A DNA stretch of 64,000 nucleotides from an uncultured Oscillospiraceae bacterium (GCA_947626315.1 CANQRQ010000012.1:3458-67457); one strand, 5' to 3'; shown: positions 9,915 to 20,134, counted from the stretch's first letter. Translations and numbers: made by a program. Notes: generated by a model not told the origin, from the sequence alone.

Positions 9915-9946
9915 CCCCGGAAAGCCCTGGCTTTCCGGGGTTTTTC
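9915..9946 (+). terminator. Intrinsic terminator of gap
   Basis: ccccggaaagc-cctg-gctttccgggg followed by TTTTT. Confidence 0.85.
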
Positions 9947-10080
9947 TTGACAAATCGCTAGGTTCATGTTAAATTGAGTTAAGGATACTTTGTGCCGCCG
10001 CCTGAAAGGCTGCCGGTTCCCGCGGGACGGCAGCGTTCATGCCGGCGTTTGTTTTTTTGTGAGCGGAAATGGAGAAATGC

Positions 10081-11451
10081 ATGGATTACGATGTGATCAT
10101 TGTGGGCGCGGGCCCCGGCGGGATCTTTACCGCCTATGAACTGACGAAGGAGGACCGGGGGCTGAAGGTGGCCCTGTTCGAGCTGGGCAAGCCGCTGGAC
10201 CGGCGCAAGTGCCCCATCGATGGGAAGAAGATCAAGTCCTGCGTCAAATGCCCCACCTGCGCCATTATGAGCGGCTTCGGCGGCGCGGGGGCCTTTTCCG
10301 ACGGGAAATACAACATCACCAACCAGTTCGGCGGCACCCTCTACGAGCACGTGGGCAAGGCCGAGGCCATCGAGCTGATGCGCTATGTGGACCAAATCAA
10401 CCTGAGCCACGGGGCCGAGGGCACCAAGCTCTATTCCACTGCCAACACCCGCATCAAGCGTATGTGCCTGGAAAACGGCCTGCATCTGCTGGACGCCCAG
10501 GTGCGCCATCTGGGCACAGATATAAACTATGTGGTGCTGGGCCAGCTGTATGCGGAGCTGGAGGGAAAGCTGGACTTTTTCTTTGAGACTGCCGTCTCCA
10601 CCGTGCGCCGCATAGAGGGCGGCTATGAGGTGCAGGCGGGGGAGAAGAGCTACAGCTGCCGGCGCTGCGTCGTCTCCGTGGGCCGCAGCGGCAGCAAGTG
10701 GATGGAGAGCGTCTGCCGCAGCCTGGAGATCCCCACCCACTCCAACCGGGTGGACATCGGCGTGCGGGTGGAGCTGCCGGCGGAGATCTTCTCCCACCTG
10801 ACCGACGAGCTGTACGAGAGCAAGATCGTCTACCGGACGGAGAAGTTCGAGGACATGGTGCGCACCTTCTGCATGAACCCCCATGGCGTTGTGGTCAACG
10901 AGAACACCAACGGCATCGTCACCGTCAACGGCCACAGCTATGAGGACCCGGCCCGGCACACAGAGAACACCAACTTCGCCCTGCTGGTGAGCAAGCACTT
11001 CTCCGAGCCCTTTAAGGACTCCAACGGCTACGGCGAGAGCATCGCCCGGCTCAGCAATATGCTGGGCGGCGGGGTGATGGTCCAGCGCTTCGGCGACCTG
11101 GTCCGGGGACGGCGCAGCACCGTGGCCCGCATCCAGGAGAACTTCGTGACGCCGACCCTGGCCGCCACGCCGGGGGACCTGAGCCTGGTGATCCCCAAGC
11201 GCATCCTGGACGGCATTATCGAGATGATCTACGCCCTGGACAAGATCGCCCCGGGCACCGCCAACGACGACACGCTGCTCTACGGCGTGGAGGTGAAGTT
11301 CTACAACATGGAGGTGGAGATCGACCGGAATCTGGAGACCTCCAGCGAGGGGCTCTATGTGATCGGGGACGGCTCCGGCGTGACCCACTCCCTGTCCCAC
11401 GCCTCCGCCAGCGGCGTCCACGTGGCCCGGCATATTCTGTCCCTGGGCTGA
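10081..11451 (+). CDS. FAD-dependent oxidoreductase (COG2509-like, uncharacterised)
   Basis: Has the DVIIVGAGPGG dinucleotide-binding motif. The ATG at 10081 has a GGAGA RBS, whereas the track start at 10069 has none. Confidence 0.7.
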   Translation: MDYDVIIVGAGPGGIFTAYELTKEDRGLKVALFELGKPLDRRKCPIDGKKIKSCVKCPTCAIMSGFGGAGAFSDGKYNITNQFGGTLYEHVGKAEAIELMRYVDQINLSHGAEGTKLYSTANTRIKRMCLENGLHLLDAQVRHLGTDINYVVLGQLYAELEGKLDFFFETAVSTVRRIEGGYEVQAGEKSYSCRRCVVSVGRSGSKWMESVCRSLEIPTHSNRVDIGVRVELPAEIFSHLTDELYESKIVYRTEKFEDMVRTFCMNPHGVVVNENTNGIVTVNGHSYEDPARHTENTNFALLVSKHFSEPFKDSNGYGESIARLSNMLGGGVMVQRFGDLVRGRRSTVARIQENFVTPTLAATPGDLSLVIPKRILDGIIEMIYALDKIAPGTANDDTLLYGVEVKFYNMEVEIDRNLETSSEGLYVIGDGSGVTHSLSHASASGVHVARHILSLG

Positions 11452-11585
11452 GGACGGCGCCGCTTGTCAAAAACTGTAAGTTAACATAAAAATTTCAAGG
11501 GGACGGGTCCGTTCCCTTGATTTTTTCCTCTTTTCCGTGTATAGTATAGGGGCTGACTAATATTATGGTAAACCGGAGGCAGGCT

Positions 11586-13193
11586 ATGGCGGAAAAGAAG
11601 GGCCAGAACTATCTCCACGGCGCGGCGATCCTGACCGCGGGCGTGGTGATCATGAAGATCCTGGGCTTTATCTACAAGGTGCCCATTGCCAACATCATTG
11701 GCGATGACGGATATTCCCTGTTTCTGGTGACGTACAATGTGTATAACGTGTTCCTGACCCTGTCCACGGCGGGCCTGCCCATTGCCCTGTCCCGGATGAT
11801 TTCCGAGGCCAACGCCGAGGGCCGGGTCATGCAGGCGCGGCGCACCTTCACGGTGGCCTGGCGCAGCTTCCTGGCGATCGGCCTGGCCTGCACCCTGGCC
11901 ATGTTCTTCTGCAACGACTTTCTGGCCGGCGCCATCATGCACAACCCCCCGGCGGCCCTGAGCATCCGGGCCATGTCTCCGGCGGTGCTGCTGGTGTGCC
12001 TGGTGTCCGCCTACCGGGGCTACTGCCAGGGCTACGGGGACATGATCCCTACCACCGTGGGCCAGGTGCTGGAGGTGCTGGTCAAGGTCATCGTGGGCCT
12101 GGTGCTGGCGGAGATCGTTATGAACGCCGGCCTTGGCAAGGAGTACGGCTCCGCCGCCGCCATCTTCGGCGTGACGGTGGGCTCCCTGGCCGCCCTGCTG
12201 TACATGGCGGCTTTCAAAAAGCGCAAGTACCGGGAGGAGCCGGTGGCCGATCCGGACCGGCCGGACAGCGACCGGAAGATTTTCAGCCGCTTCATGCGCA
12301 TTGGCATTCCCATCGCTCTGGGCTCCAGCGTGCTGGCTATTCTGAACCTGGTGGACTCCAGCCTCTGCATGGACCGGCTCCAGTCCGCCGCCGGCTTCAG
12401 CCTGCACCAGGCCCAGGTGCTGTTCGGGGCCTACGGCAAGGCCCAGACCCTGTTCAACCTGCCGGCGGCGGTAATCACCCCGCTGACCATCTCCATCGTG
12501 CCGGCCATCACCGCGGCCATCGTCCGGGGAGCGGACGACGAGGCCACCCGGATCTCCGAGGACTCCATGCGGATCGCGGCGGTGCTGAGCCTGCCTATGG
12601 GTGTGGGCCTGGCCGTCATGGCAAAGCCCATCATCGGCGGGCTGTTCCGCGTCACCCATGAGTCCGGCCCGGCGCTGCTGGCGATCATGGGCGTGGCCTC
12701 CTTCTTCGTGTGCATGGTGCTGATGGAGAACGCCATCCTCCAGGCCAGCGGCAAGGAGATGCTGCCCATGTACTCCATGATCGTGGGCGGGATCGTGAAA
12801 ATCACCGTCAACTGGTTTCTGGTGGCGAATCCGAGGATCAACATCTACGGCGCACCTATCGGGACTCTCAGCAGCTATGTGGTGATGTTCGTGATGAACT
12901 TTGTGTTCATGTGCGTGGTGCTGGACAAGAATCCCCGGCTCCGGGTCATTGCCCTCCGGCCGCTGCTGTGCAGCGCGCTGATGGGGGCCAGCGCCTGGGC
13001 GGTGTACGGCCTGGCGGGCCGCTTTGTAGGCACGGACGGGCGGATGCAGATGCTGCTGTGCCTGGCCGCGGCCATTTTGGTGGCGGTGGCGGTATATCTG
13101 GTGTCGGCCATAGCCCTGCGGACCGTCACTCGGGAGGACATGGGCCTGATCCCCGGCGGGGACAAACTGGCCCGGCTGCTGCATATGCGCTGA
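11586..13193 (+). CDS. MOP-superfamily polysaccharide/lipid II flippase (SpoVB/YabM-like)
   Basis: About 14 TM helices. The N-terminus YLHGAAILTAGVVIMKILGFIYKVPIANIIG is typical of the SpoVB/MurJ-like family. The ATG at 11586 has a GGAGG RBS. Confidence 0.75.
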   Translation: MAEKKGQNYLHGAAILTAGVVIMKILGFIYKVPIANIIGDDGYSLFLVTYNVYNVFLTLSTAGLPIALSRMISEANAEGRVMQARRTFTVAWRSFLAIGLACTLAMFFCNDFLAGAIMHNPPAALSIRAMSPAVLLVCLVSAYRGYCQGYGDMIPTTVGQVLEVLVKVIVGLVLAEIVMNAGLGKEYGSAAAIFGVTVGSLAALLYMAAFKKRKYREEPVADPDRPDSDRKIFSRFMRIGIPIALGSSVLAILNLVDSSLCMDRLQSAAGFSLHQAQVLFGAYGKAQTLFNLPAAVITPLTISIVPAITAAIVRGADDEATRISEDSMRIAAVLSLPMGVGLAVMAKPIIGGLFRVTHESGPALLAIMGVASFFVCMVLMENAILQASGKEMLPMYSMIVGGIVKITVNWFLVANPRINIYGAPIGTLSSYVVMFVMNFVFMCVVLDKNPRLRVIALRPLLCSALMGASAWAVYGLAGRFVGTDGRMQMLLCLAAAILVAVAVYLVSAIALRTVTREDMGLIPGGDKLARLLHMR

Positions 13194-13230
13194 ATTCTGT
13201 GTAAAAGCTTGAGATTTTGGGAAATAATAC

Positions 13231-13259
13231 TTGATAAATGCCGGGAAATGTGGTAGATT
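13231..13259 (+). promoter_or_regulatory. Sigma-A-type promoter upstream of hup
   Basis: TTGATA (13231-13236), a 17-nt spacer, then TAGATT (13254-13259). This leaves a 5' UTR of roughly 115 nt. Confidence 0.5.
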
Positions 13260-13375
13260 TACAACGCTGCGTGCGCGCAGGCGCGTGCCGCCGCGAAAGT
13301 TGAGTATTTTACCGGATTTTCGGGCACACTCAACTATAACCCGGCAAACAGCCGAAGGATTTAGGAGGAACACAG

Positions 13376-13651
13376 ATGAACAAAGCAGAACTCGTGACCG
13401 CAGTCGCGGAGAAGACCGGTCTCTCCAAGAAGGACAGTGAGAAGGCCGTCAACGCCGCCCTCGACAGCATTACGGAAGCTCTGGCCGCTGGTGAAAAGGT
13501 CCAGCTGGTGGGCTTCGGCGCTTTTGAGGTGAAGGAGCGCGGCGCCCGTATGGGCCGCAATCCTCTGACCAAGGAGGAGATCGAGATCCCCGCGTCCCGT
13601 GCCGCTGCGTTCAAGGCCGGCAAGGTCCTGAAGGATGCCGTTGCAAAGTAA
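13376..13651 (+). CDS. hup: DNA-binding protein HU
   Basis: 91 aa: MNKAELV...[38 protein letters not shown]. This is the canonical HU signature. AGGAGG RBS. Confidence 0.95.
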   Translation: MNKAELVTAVAEKTGLSKKDSEKAVNAALDSITEALAAGEKVQLVGFGAFEVKERGARMGRNPLTKEEIEIPASRAAAFKAGKVLKDAVAK

Positions 13652-13666
13652 GCGCGATTTATGATA

Positions 13667-13706
13667 AAATACCCATGTGCAGTTTATAAAGCACATGGGT
13701 ATTTTA
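13667..13706 (+). terminator. Intrinsic terminator of hup
   Basis: atacccatgtgc ... gcacatgggtat forms a 12-bp stem followed by TTTT. Confidence 0.8.
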
Positions 13707-13757
13707 CGTTCTTAAATCAATTACCCGCCTTATGGCGGAGAGGACAGGAGGGCCCGG

Positions 13758-14003
13758 ATGCGTCTGGATAAATATTTAAAGGTCTCCCGGCTGATCAAAC
13801 GCCGGACCGTGGCCAACGAAGCCTGCGACGGGGAGCGGGTCTCCGTCAACGGCCGGCAGGTGAAGGCCAGCTATCAGGTAAAGCTGGGGGATGTGATCGA
13901 GATCGCCTTCGGCCAGCGGACCTTGAAGGTGGAGGTGACCCAGATCAGCGAGACGGCCGGCAAGGCCGACGCCCCGGCCATGTACCGGGAGCTGGAGCCA
14001 TAA
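13758..14003 (+). CDS. S4-domain RNA-binding protein (YabO/Hsp15-like)
   Basis: MRLDKYLKVSRLIKRRTVANEA... is a typical S4 fold N-terminus. 81 aa. Its neighbours (flippase, hup) match the Firmicutes yabM-yabO region. Confidence 0.8.
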   Translation: MRLDKYLKVSRLIKRRTVANEACDGERVSVNGRQVKASYQVKLGDVIEIAFGQRTLKVEVTQISETAGKADAPAMYRELEP

Positions 14004-14006
14004 GCG

Positions 14007-14495
14007 TCACAGCTCGTGGTAATAGGGGCAGATGTCCTCGTAGTGCCCGTCCTTCATCCGGAAGCCCCGGGGGATGCGCCCCAGGGGCACGAAGCCCAGC
14101 CGTTCGTAGAGATGCCGGGCGTGGAGGTTGGAGGCCACCACGGCGTTGAACTGTAGAATGCCGAAGCCCAGGGCCTTCCCCTGAACCAGGCAGTCCTTCA
14201 CCAGCTGCTCGCCGATGTGCAGGCCCCGGGCCTGCCGCGCCACGGCAAAGCTGGCGTTGCACAGGTGGCCGCAGCGGCCCACGTTGTTGGGGTGCAGAAT
14301 GTAGAGGCCCAGAATAACGCCCGCCTCGTCCTCCGCCACGGCGCACCAGGACTGGGCGGCGAAAAAGGCGTGCCCGCTCTCTTGGTCCAGCAGCTCCTCC
14401 TGGGGGAAGGCGATGCCGTCCTCCACCACCTGGTTCCATATTTCGATCATGGCCGCCTCGTCCTGGAGGCGGTATTTTCGTACCGTAACGCCCAT
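14007..14495 (-). CDS. GNAT family N-acetyltransferase
   Basis: 162 aa. The acetyl-CoA binding segment is RGLHIGEQLVKDCLVQGKALGF, followed by NAVVASNLHARHLYERLGF. Confidence 0.8.
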   Translation of the reverse strand: MGVTVRKYRLQDEAAMIEIWNQVVEDGIAFPQEELLDQESGHAFFAAQSWCAVAEDEAGVILGLYILHPNNVGRCGHLCNASFAVARQARGLHIGEQLVKDCLVQGKALGFGILQFNAVVASNLHARHLYERLGFVPLGRIPRGFRMKDGHYEDICPYYHEL

Positions 14496-14602
14496 GGCAG
14501 TTCCTCCGTTTTCTGTGTTCTTTTCTGTGTTTTATGAGGGCCGAACCCCGGCCGCCAACATATTATAGCAGATGAGCAGCGCTGTCAAGCCCGGCGAAGG
14601 AA

Positions 14603-14647
14603 GCAAAAAGGAACCCCCGCATGTCCGATTTGACCGGACAAGCGGGG
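14603..14647 (-). terminator. Intrinsic terminator of the NlpC/P60 gene
   Basis: GC-rich hairpin at 14614-14647 with one mismatch, followed on the minus strand by a T-run (plus-strand gcaaaaagg). Confidence 0.7.
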
Positions 14648-14663
14648 GGATTCTTATAAGATA

Positions 14664-16295
14664 CTAGATGATCCGGCGGGCCTCATAGCCGCGGCTGGAA
14701 TAGTAACCGGACAGATCGGAGATGATCACGCCCATGTTGGAGTTGGCGGCGTGGACAAACTGGTTGTTGCCAATGTACATGCCCACATGGCCTATGTAGC
14801 TGCCGCCGGAGTAGAAGCAGAGCAGGTCGCCGGGCTGGAGCTCGGAGGGATCCACATGGACGCCGTTCCGGGCCTGGTCCTCCGCGATGCGGTTGAGCGT
14901 GTAGCCAAACTGCTGGTACACATAGTACATCAGGCCGGAGCAGTCAAAGCCGGTGTCGGGGGAGCGGCCGCCCCAGGTGTACGGATAGCCCACAAACTGG
15001 AGGGCGTAGTCCGCAATCTCGCGGCCCAGCTCGGAGCCGCCGCCGCTGCTGACGTGCTTGTATTCGCCCTTGGCCACGTACTGGCTGAACACATAGCCGG
15101 AGCGCCCTTCGGAGATCACGGCGGTCCAGTCGCCGGTGACGCCGGTGATGGTGACGGTGTTGCCGTAGAACAGCTCGTCCAGCACCTCAGAGCTCATGGA
15201 CGGGCCGCCCCGCAGGCGGACGTTGTTGCCGGTGATGTAGCCGGGCTCAGAGCTGCCGCCGGAGGGGGCGGCGACCTCCGGCTCGGAGGGCTCAGGGTCG
15301 GCCTTAGTCTCGGGTTCGGCGCTGAGGCTGACATACTGACTGAACACATAGCCGGACACGCCGTCGATGACGCAGGCGGTCCAATCCCCGGAGGTGCCGG
15401 TGACGGTCAGAGCCTTGCCCCGGTTATAGGTGGTGATGACCCGGTAGCTGGTAGAGGGGCCGGTGCGGAAGCACACATAGTCCCCGTTGATGGTGCCGGA
15501 CTTGGTCTCCGAAGGCTCTACGCTGGGGGCAGAGGGTTCAGGCGTGGAGGGGACCGGCGTGGAGGGGGCGGGCGTCTGGCTCTCCCCGGAGGAGCCGCCC
15601 ACAACGATGCCGCCGGAGCCGCCGGCATAGGGATCAGAAGTAGAGGGGGCCGGCGTGGAGGGGGCGGGCGTCTGCTCTTCCCCGCTGGACCCGCCGCCTA
15701 TGACGATGCCGCCCGAGCTGCCGTCAGAACCGCCGGCGGCATAGGGGTCGTCAGACCCGCTGCCGGTCCGGGGCGCGCTTTCGCCTCCGGAGACGGTGCT
15801 CACATACTGACTGGAGACATAGCCGGAGACGCCGTCAATCACGCAGGCGGTCCAACTGCCGCTGGTGCCGGTAATGGTCAGCTCCTTGCCCTTGTTGTAG
15901 GAGCCGAGGATCTCATGATCGGTGGAGGGGCCGCTGCGGAAACGCACATACATGGCGTTGATCATGCCTTTGACCCCGTCGCTGTACACGCTGCCGCTGC
16001 CGTCGGAGCTGCCGGAACCGCTGCCGCCGCTGCTCAAATAACGGGAGGAGATAAAGCCGGAGGTCCCGTTATAGGTGACCGCGGTCCAGTCGCTGTTGGA
16101 GCGGTCCGTCACCGTGACGGAGGCGCCCTTGGGCAGGCAGTCCAGCACGGAATAGCCCGTGCCCGGACCGGAACGCAGGTTCACGTCACTGCCGGTCACC
16201 GTCGCCCCCTCCGCAAACGCGGGAAGCGCGTTGGCGGTGAGCACAGTGCAGATCAGCAACGTGGCGGCAAACGTCCTCAAAATTTTCTTGCGCAT
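14664..16295 (-). CDS. Secreted cell-wall hydrolase: signal peptide, 4 SH3b domains and a C-terminal NlpC/P60 (C40) peptidase
   Basis: Signal peptide ends ALPAFAEG. The SH3b pattern (VNLRSGPGTGY..., VRFRSGPSTDH..., etc.) repeats 4 times, separated by Pro/Ser/Thr/Gly linkers. The catalytic motifs are GFDCSGLMYYVY and GHVGMYIG. Confidence 0.9.
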   Translation of the reverse strand: MRKKILRTFAATLLICTVLTANALPAFAEGATVTGSDVNLRSGPGTGYSVLDCLPKGASVTVTDRSNSDWTAVTYNGTSGFISSRYLSSGGSGSGSSDGSGSVYSDGVKGMINAMYVRFRSGPSTDHEILGSYNKGKELTITGTSGSWTACVIDGVSGYVSSQYVSTVSGGESAPRTGSGSDDPYAAGGSDGSSGGIVIGGGSSGEEQTPAPSTPAPSTSDPYAGGSGGIVVGGSSGESQTPAPSTPVPSTPEPSAPSVEPSETKSGTINGDYVCFRTGPSTSYRVITTYNRGKALTVTGTSGDWTACVIDGVSGYVFSQYVSLSAEPETKADPEPSEPEVAAPSGGSSEPGYITGNNVRLRGGPSMSSEVLDELFYGNTVTITGVTGDWTAVISEGRSGYVFSQYVAKGEYKHVSSGGGSELGREIADYALQFVGYPYTWGGRSPDTGFDCSGLMYYVYQQFGYTLNRIAEDQARNGVHVDPSELQPGDLLCFYSGGSYIGHVGMYIGNNQFVHAANSNMGVIISDLSGYYSSRGYEARRII

Positions 16296-16346
16296 TTGAA
16301 ACAGATCCTTTTTCTATGTATTGGGTCTTGTTTGCGGGCAGGACCC

Positions 16347-16628
16347 TTATCTGGAGGACAAGGCGCGCTCAAGCCACACAGCGGCTACGTCGATAGCGGA
16401 GTAGAGGCTGTCCTTCTCGCTTTTTTTCACGATCCGATCCCGGGACTTGATGTCCGGGTCAGTGAGCTGGAGCTGGACGGATACCCGGGAGGCCACGTCC
16501 AGATCCTTGACCTTCTGGGTGTCCAGAATTTGCAGCATAATGATGTATTTGTCCGCAAAGCTGCCGTAATAGATGATGTTGTCCTTCCTTTGGAGGGGGT
16601 GACCCTTATACTCCAATGTCTTTGCCAA
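16347..16628 (-). CDS. Hypothetical small protein (93 aa)
   Basis: TTG start has a GGAGGTG RBS 8 nt upstream. Codon usage is coherent. I recognise no family. Confidence 0.55.
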   Translation of the reverse strand: MAKTLEYKGHPLQRKDNIIYYGSFADKYIIMLQILDTQKVKDLDVASRVSVQLQLTDPDIKSRDRIVKKSEKDSLYSAIDVAAVWLERALSSR

Positions 16629-16810
16629 TCAAAGCACCTCCAGTATTGTAACTAAAATGTAACACAACGCTTCAAATTTGTCAACAGATAACAGGGTAAT
16701 TTGTAAATTCTTAAGGTTTTAATTTCTGGAAAAACCGGAAAAAACCGGGTGAAAAGGAAGCTTTTCCCACCCGGCGGTCTCCCTCCGGAGACCGCCGGGT
16801 GAATAACCGC

Positions 16811-19105
16811 TCAGCCGATCACAATGCCGCCGCTGAAGCCGCCGTTGTCGAACTCGTCTCCGCCGCCGGTGTAGCTGTCATTCCCGCCGGTGTAGCCGCC
16901 GCCGGTGTAATCATCGTTTCCGCCGGTGTAGTTATCGTTTCCGCCGGTATAACCGCCGCCGGTGTAGTAGTCATTGCCGCCGGTGTAGTCGTCCTCCTCC
17001 GGGGTGACCTCCTCCGCGTATTCGTCCTCCGGCGTGTCCTCCAGGCCGAAGATGCCCGTGTTGTCGCCTATATAGGGATAGGGGAAATCCTTGTAGGGCA
17101 GGCCCTCGTGGATGGGGGCCATGATCTTCCGCCAGATCTGGGCCGCGGGGTTGCCGCTGACGTAGATCCGCTCCGGCGTGTCATAGCCGGTCCAGACGGC
17201 GGCCACATAGTAGGGCGTGTAGCCCACGAACCAGCGGTCCTTATAATCGCTGGTGGTGCCGGTCTTGCCGGCCACGGGCATGCTCCAGAAGTTGGCCTCG
17301 GTACCGGTGCCGGCGGCCGCGGCATTCTTCAGCATGTAGGACATGACGTGGGCCGTGTTGGGGGAAAAGGCCACAATGGTCTCCGGCGCGTTGTCGATCA
17401 CCACGTTGCCCCTGGCGTCGGTCACCACGGTGTAGGTCCGGCTGTAGGTGAAGACGCCGTCATTGGGGAAGGCCGCGTAGGCCTGGGCCATCTCCCGCAC
17501 CGTGATGCCGTTGGTGAGCTGCCCCAGGGCCATGGGAGCGTAGGAGGCGTCGTCCGGGACCAGACTGGTGACGCCCAGGCGGGTAATCAGAAAGTCATAG
17601 GCCCGCTGGGGGGTCAGCTTGTCGATGATCTGGGCGGCCACGGTATTGATGGAGTACTGCAGCGCCTGGTAGATGGTGACGTCGCCCATATAGCCGCCGC
17701 CGTCGTTCTGGGGATACCAGCTGGTGCCGCTGAGGCGGACGTTGGGGGAATCGCTCACAATGGTGTTGGGCGTGATCAGCCCCGCCTCCACCGCCGGGCC
17801 ATAAGAGGCGATAGGCTTGATGGAGGAGCCGGCGGGCCGCTGGGTCCCGGTGGCCCGGTTCAGCCCGTAGTTGATGGTCTTGGCGCCCACGCCGCCGCTG
17901 AGGGCCACGATCCGGCCGTCATAGGGGTCCATGATCACAATGGCGCTCTGGAACTGCTGGTCACTGCGGGAGGTGCGGGGGATGGCGCTGGGATCGGTGT
18001 AGACCGAGTCCACCACCGCCTGGATGCTGGGATCCAGGCAGCAGTAGATCTGATAGCCGCCGGTCTGCAGCAGGTCGGAGGCCGCGCCCTGGGTGATGCC
18101 CTTGAGCTCCGCCAGGTCCCGGGTCACGTCCTGGATCACCACTTCCTCATAATAGGAATAGATTGGCATAGGATCTTCCTCACCGGGGCCGTGGGTGAAG
18201 ACCAGCTCCTCCGCCACCGCGTCCTGATAGGTGCTGTAGTCGATGTAGCCCTGCTCGTACATCTCCCGCAGGATGGTCTCCTGCCGCTCCTTGTTTTTAT
18301 CCCGGTTGTAGAAGGGGTCGCACAGGGTGGGCTTGTTGGTGATGCCCGCGATGGCGGCGCACTCCGCCAGGTCCAGCTGGGACACGTCCTTGCCGAAATA
18401 GGTGTTCGCCGCAGCCTGCACGCCGTAACAGCTCTCGCCGAAGTAGACGGCGTTGAGGTACCAGAGGAGGATCTCGTCCTTGTCGTACTGCTTCTCCAGC
18501 TCCAGGGCGCTGAAAATCTCCGTCAGCTTCCGCTGGATGGTGACCTCGTCCTCCCCGGTCAGGTTTTTGATCAGCTGCTGGGTGATGGTGGAGCCGCCGT
18601 AGCTGCCCTCCATCCGGGCGAACATCTCCAGAAAGGCGCCGGCGGTCCGGTACCAGTCCACCCCTTTATGCTCATAGAAGCGTTTGTCCTCGATGGCCAC
18701 CAGGGCCTGCTTCATATAGTCGGGGATCTGGTCGTCCTCCACCCAGATGCGCTTTTGCGCGGAGATCACCGTGACCAGCTCCTGCCACTGGCCGCCGGCG
18801 TCCTGATACCAGATGGTGCTGGACTCGTTGAGCTGGTAGTCCTCCAGGGAGATATCCAGCTCCGGGGTCAGGCAGGTTTTGACATAATAGGCAAATACGC
18901 AGGCAAAGAGCATGCCGGTCAGAAGAAGGACCAGCAGCACGGAACCGATCAGCTTGAACACGGCGGCCACCGTGGACGAAACGGCGTCCACGGTGAAGCC
19001 GGCGGCCTTCAGGGCGAAGAGCCCCGCCTTTTTCCCGGCCTTCCCGGCTTTTTCCACCGGACTGCCGTCCGCCTGCTTTTCCTGTTCCTCAGGCGTTTTC
19101 TTCAT
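16811..19105 (-). CDS. Class A penicillin-binding protein (PBP1A-type transglycosylase/transpeptidase) with Tyr/Thr/Gly-rich repeat tail
   Basis: Glycosyltransferase motifs EDKRFYEHKGVD and GGSTITQQL. Transpeptidase motifs SSIKP and KTGTT. I prefer the ATG at 19105 (MKKTPEEQ...), which has an AAGGAGG RBS; the track extends to 19213. Confidence 0.9.
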   Translation of the reverse strand: MKKTPEEQEKQADGSPVEKAGKAGKKAGLFALKAAGFTVDAVSSTVAAVFKLIGSVLLVLLLTGMLFACVFAYYVKTCLTPELDISLEDYQLNESSTIWYQDAGGQWQELVTVISAQKRIWVEDDQIPDYMKQALVAIEDKRFYEHKGVDWYRTAGAFLEMFARMEGSYGGSTITQQLIKNLTGEDEVTIQRKLTEIFSALELEKQYDKDEILLWYLNAVYFGESCYGVQAAANTYFGKDVSQLDLAECAAIAGITNKPTLCDPFYNRDKNKERQETILREMYEQGYIDYSTYQDAVAEELVFTHGPGEEDPMPIYSYYEEVVIQDVTRDLAELKGITQGAASDLLQTGGYQIYCCLDPSIQAVVDSVYTDPSAIPRTSRSDQQFQSAIVIMDPYDGRIVALSGGVGAKTINYGLNRATGTQRPAGSSIKPIASYGPAVEAGLITPNTIVSDSPNVRLSGTSWYPQNDGGGYMGDVTIYQALQYSINTVAAQIIDKLTPQRAYDFLITRLGVTSLVPDDASYAPMALGQLTNGITVREMAQAYAAFPNDGVFTYSRTYTVVTDARGNVVIDNAPETIVAFSPNTAHVMSYMLKNAAAAGTGTEANFWSMPVAGKTGTTSDYKDRWFVGYTPYYVAAVWTGYDTPERIYVSGNPAAQIWRKIMAPIHEGLPYKDFPYPYIGDNTGIFGLEDTPEDEYAEEVTPEEDDYTGGNDYYTGGGYTGGNDNYTGGNDDYTGGGYTGGNDSYTGGGDEFDNGGFSGGIVIG

Positions 19106-19307
19106 CGGAATATACGCGCCTCCTTTACAAGACGATTCCCCGCCACCGCAAAACTGCGGGAGCGGACGATAGTTAAGCGCGGTACGCGCGGAAAGAGCAC
19201 ACTGATAGCACACAGCGTATACAAAAATATATTATAACATGTTCTGTCAACCTGGGGTGTAAAAAATGTTAATTTTTTCTGCGGCGGGAAGGAGGAGAGA
19301 GAACACT

Positions 19308-19718
19308 ATGTATATTTTCCCAAAATCGCGGAATAATTACCATGCGATTGACAGATTTACAGAAGGGAAGTGCGACATGGGGCTCAGATTTAAAATTGCG
19401 CTCTTGATGTGCGCCGCCGCGGCGGCGGTCTACACGGGGACGGAGGCCTACCGCTCTCTCCAGCCGGCGCGGGAAAGCCTTATCCCGGAGGAAATCTACG
19501 CCTCCTACACGGTCCGGGCGGATACGGCCCAGTATTTTCTGCGAAACGACCAGGGCTATGTGGCGGTCTATCAGAAGGAGCGAGACAAAAAGCCCCTCTC
19601 CGTGACGGATATCGAGCTGGACTGTCTGCGGGGCGCGGACCGGGCGATGATCGAGGAGGGCCTGCCGGTGTCCGACCGCTGGGAGCTGCTCCAGCTGCTG
19701 GAGGATCTGGGTTCCTGA
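19308..19718 (+). CDS. Hypothetical membrane-anchored protein
   Basis: The ATG at 19308 follows GGAAGGAGGAGAGAG; an alternative start lies at 19377. One hydrophobic helix (IALLMCAAAAAVY). The C-terminus IEEGLPVSDRWELLQLLEDLGS faintly resembles BofC C-terminal domains. Confidence 0.5.
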   Translation: MYIFPKSRNNYHAIDRFTEGKCDMGLRFKIALLMCAAAAAVYTGTEAYRSLQPARESLIPEEIYASYTVRADTAQYFLRNDQGYVAVYQKERDKKPLSVTDIELDCLRGADRAMIEEGLPVSDRWELLQLLEDLGS

Positions 19719-19846
19719 AGGCGCCGGGAAAGTTTTTTGGTGAAAACGCAATAAACTATTGATTTCTTCCGCCATATAGGGTACAATATTGACAACAGGG
19801 AGGGGCAGCCAGGCTGGCTTCCCTGGCGAACAGAGCGGAGGGTGCT

Positions 19847-20134
19847 ATGAGCGAAGCGTTTGGCAGCGATTTTATCACCATTGTGGACGACGACGGCCAG
19901 GAGTTTGAGCTGGAGGTCCTGGACACCATGGACTATAACGGCGAGAGCTACGCCGCTTTCCTGCCGGCCAATATGGATGAAAACGATCCGGACTACGGCA
20001 TCATCATTCTGCGCTCGGTCTTTGACGAGAATGGGGACGAGCTGTTCGAGTCCATTGACGACGAGGACCAGCTCCAGGATGTGTACGAGCATTTCATGGT
20101 GCTCCTCTTTGATGATGACGAGGAAGAGGACTGA
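19847..20134 (+). CDS. DUF1292 (YrzB-like) acidic protein
   Basis: ITIVDDDGQEFELEVLDTMDYNGESYAAFLP...DDEDQLQDVYEHF is the characteristic DUF1292 pattern. Confidence 0.85.
   Translation: MSEAFGSDFITIVDDDGQEFELEVLDTMDYNGESYAAFLPANMDENDPDYGIIILRSVFDENGDELFESIDDEDQLQDVYEHFMVLLFDDDEEED

Noticed and set aside
16687-16700. GATAACAGGGTAAT, a 14-nt match to the I-SceI homing-endonuclease recognition sequence.
   Set aside because: The four 5' positions of the 18-bp site do not match. The context is an AT-rich intergenic promoter region with no intron or endonuclease gene. This is most likely coincidence.
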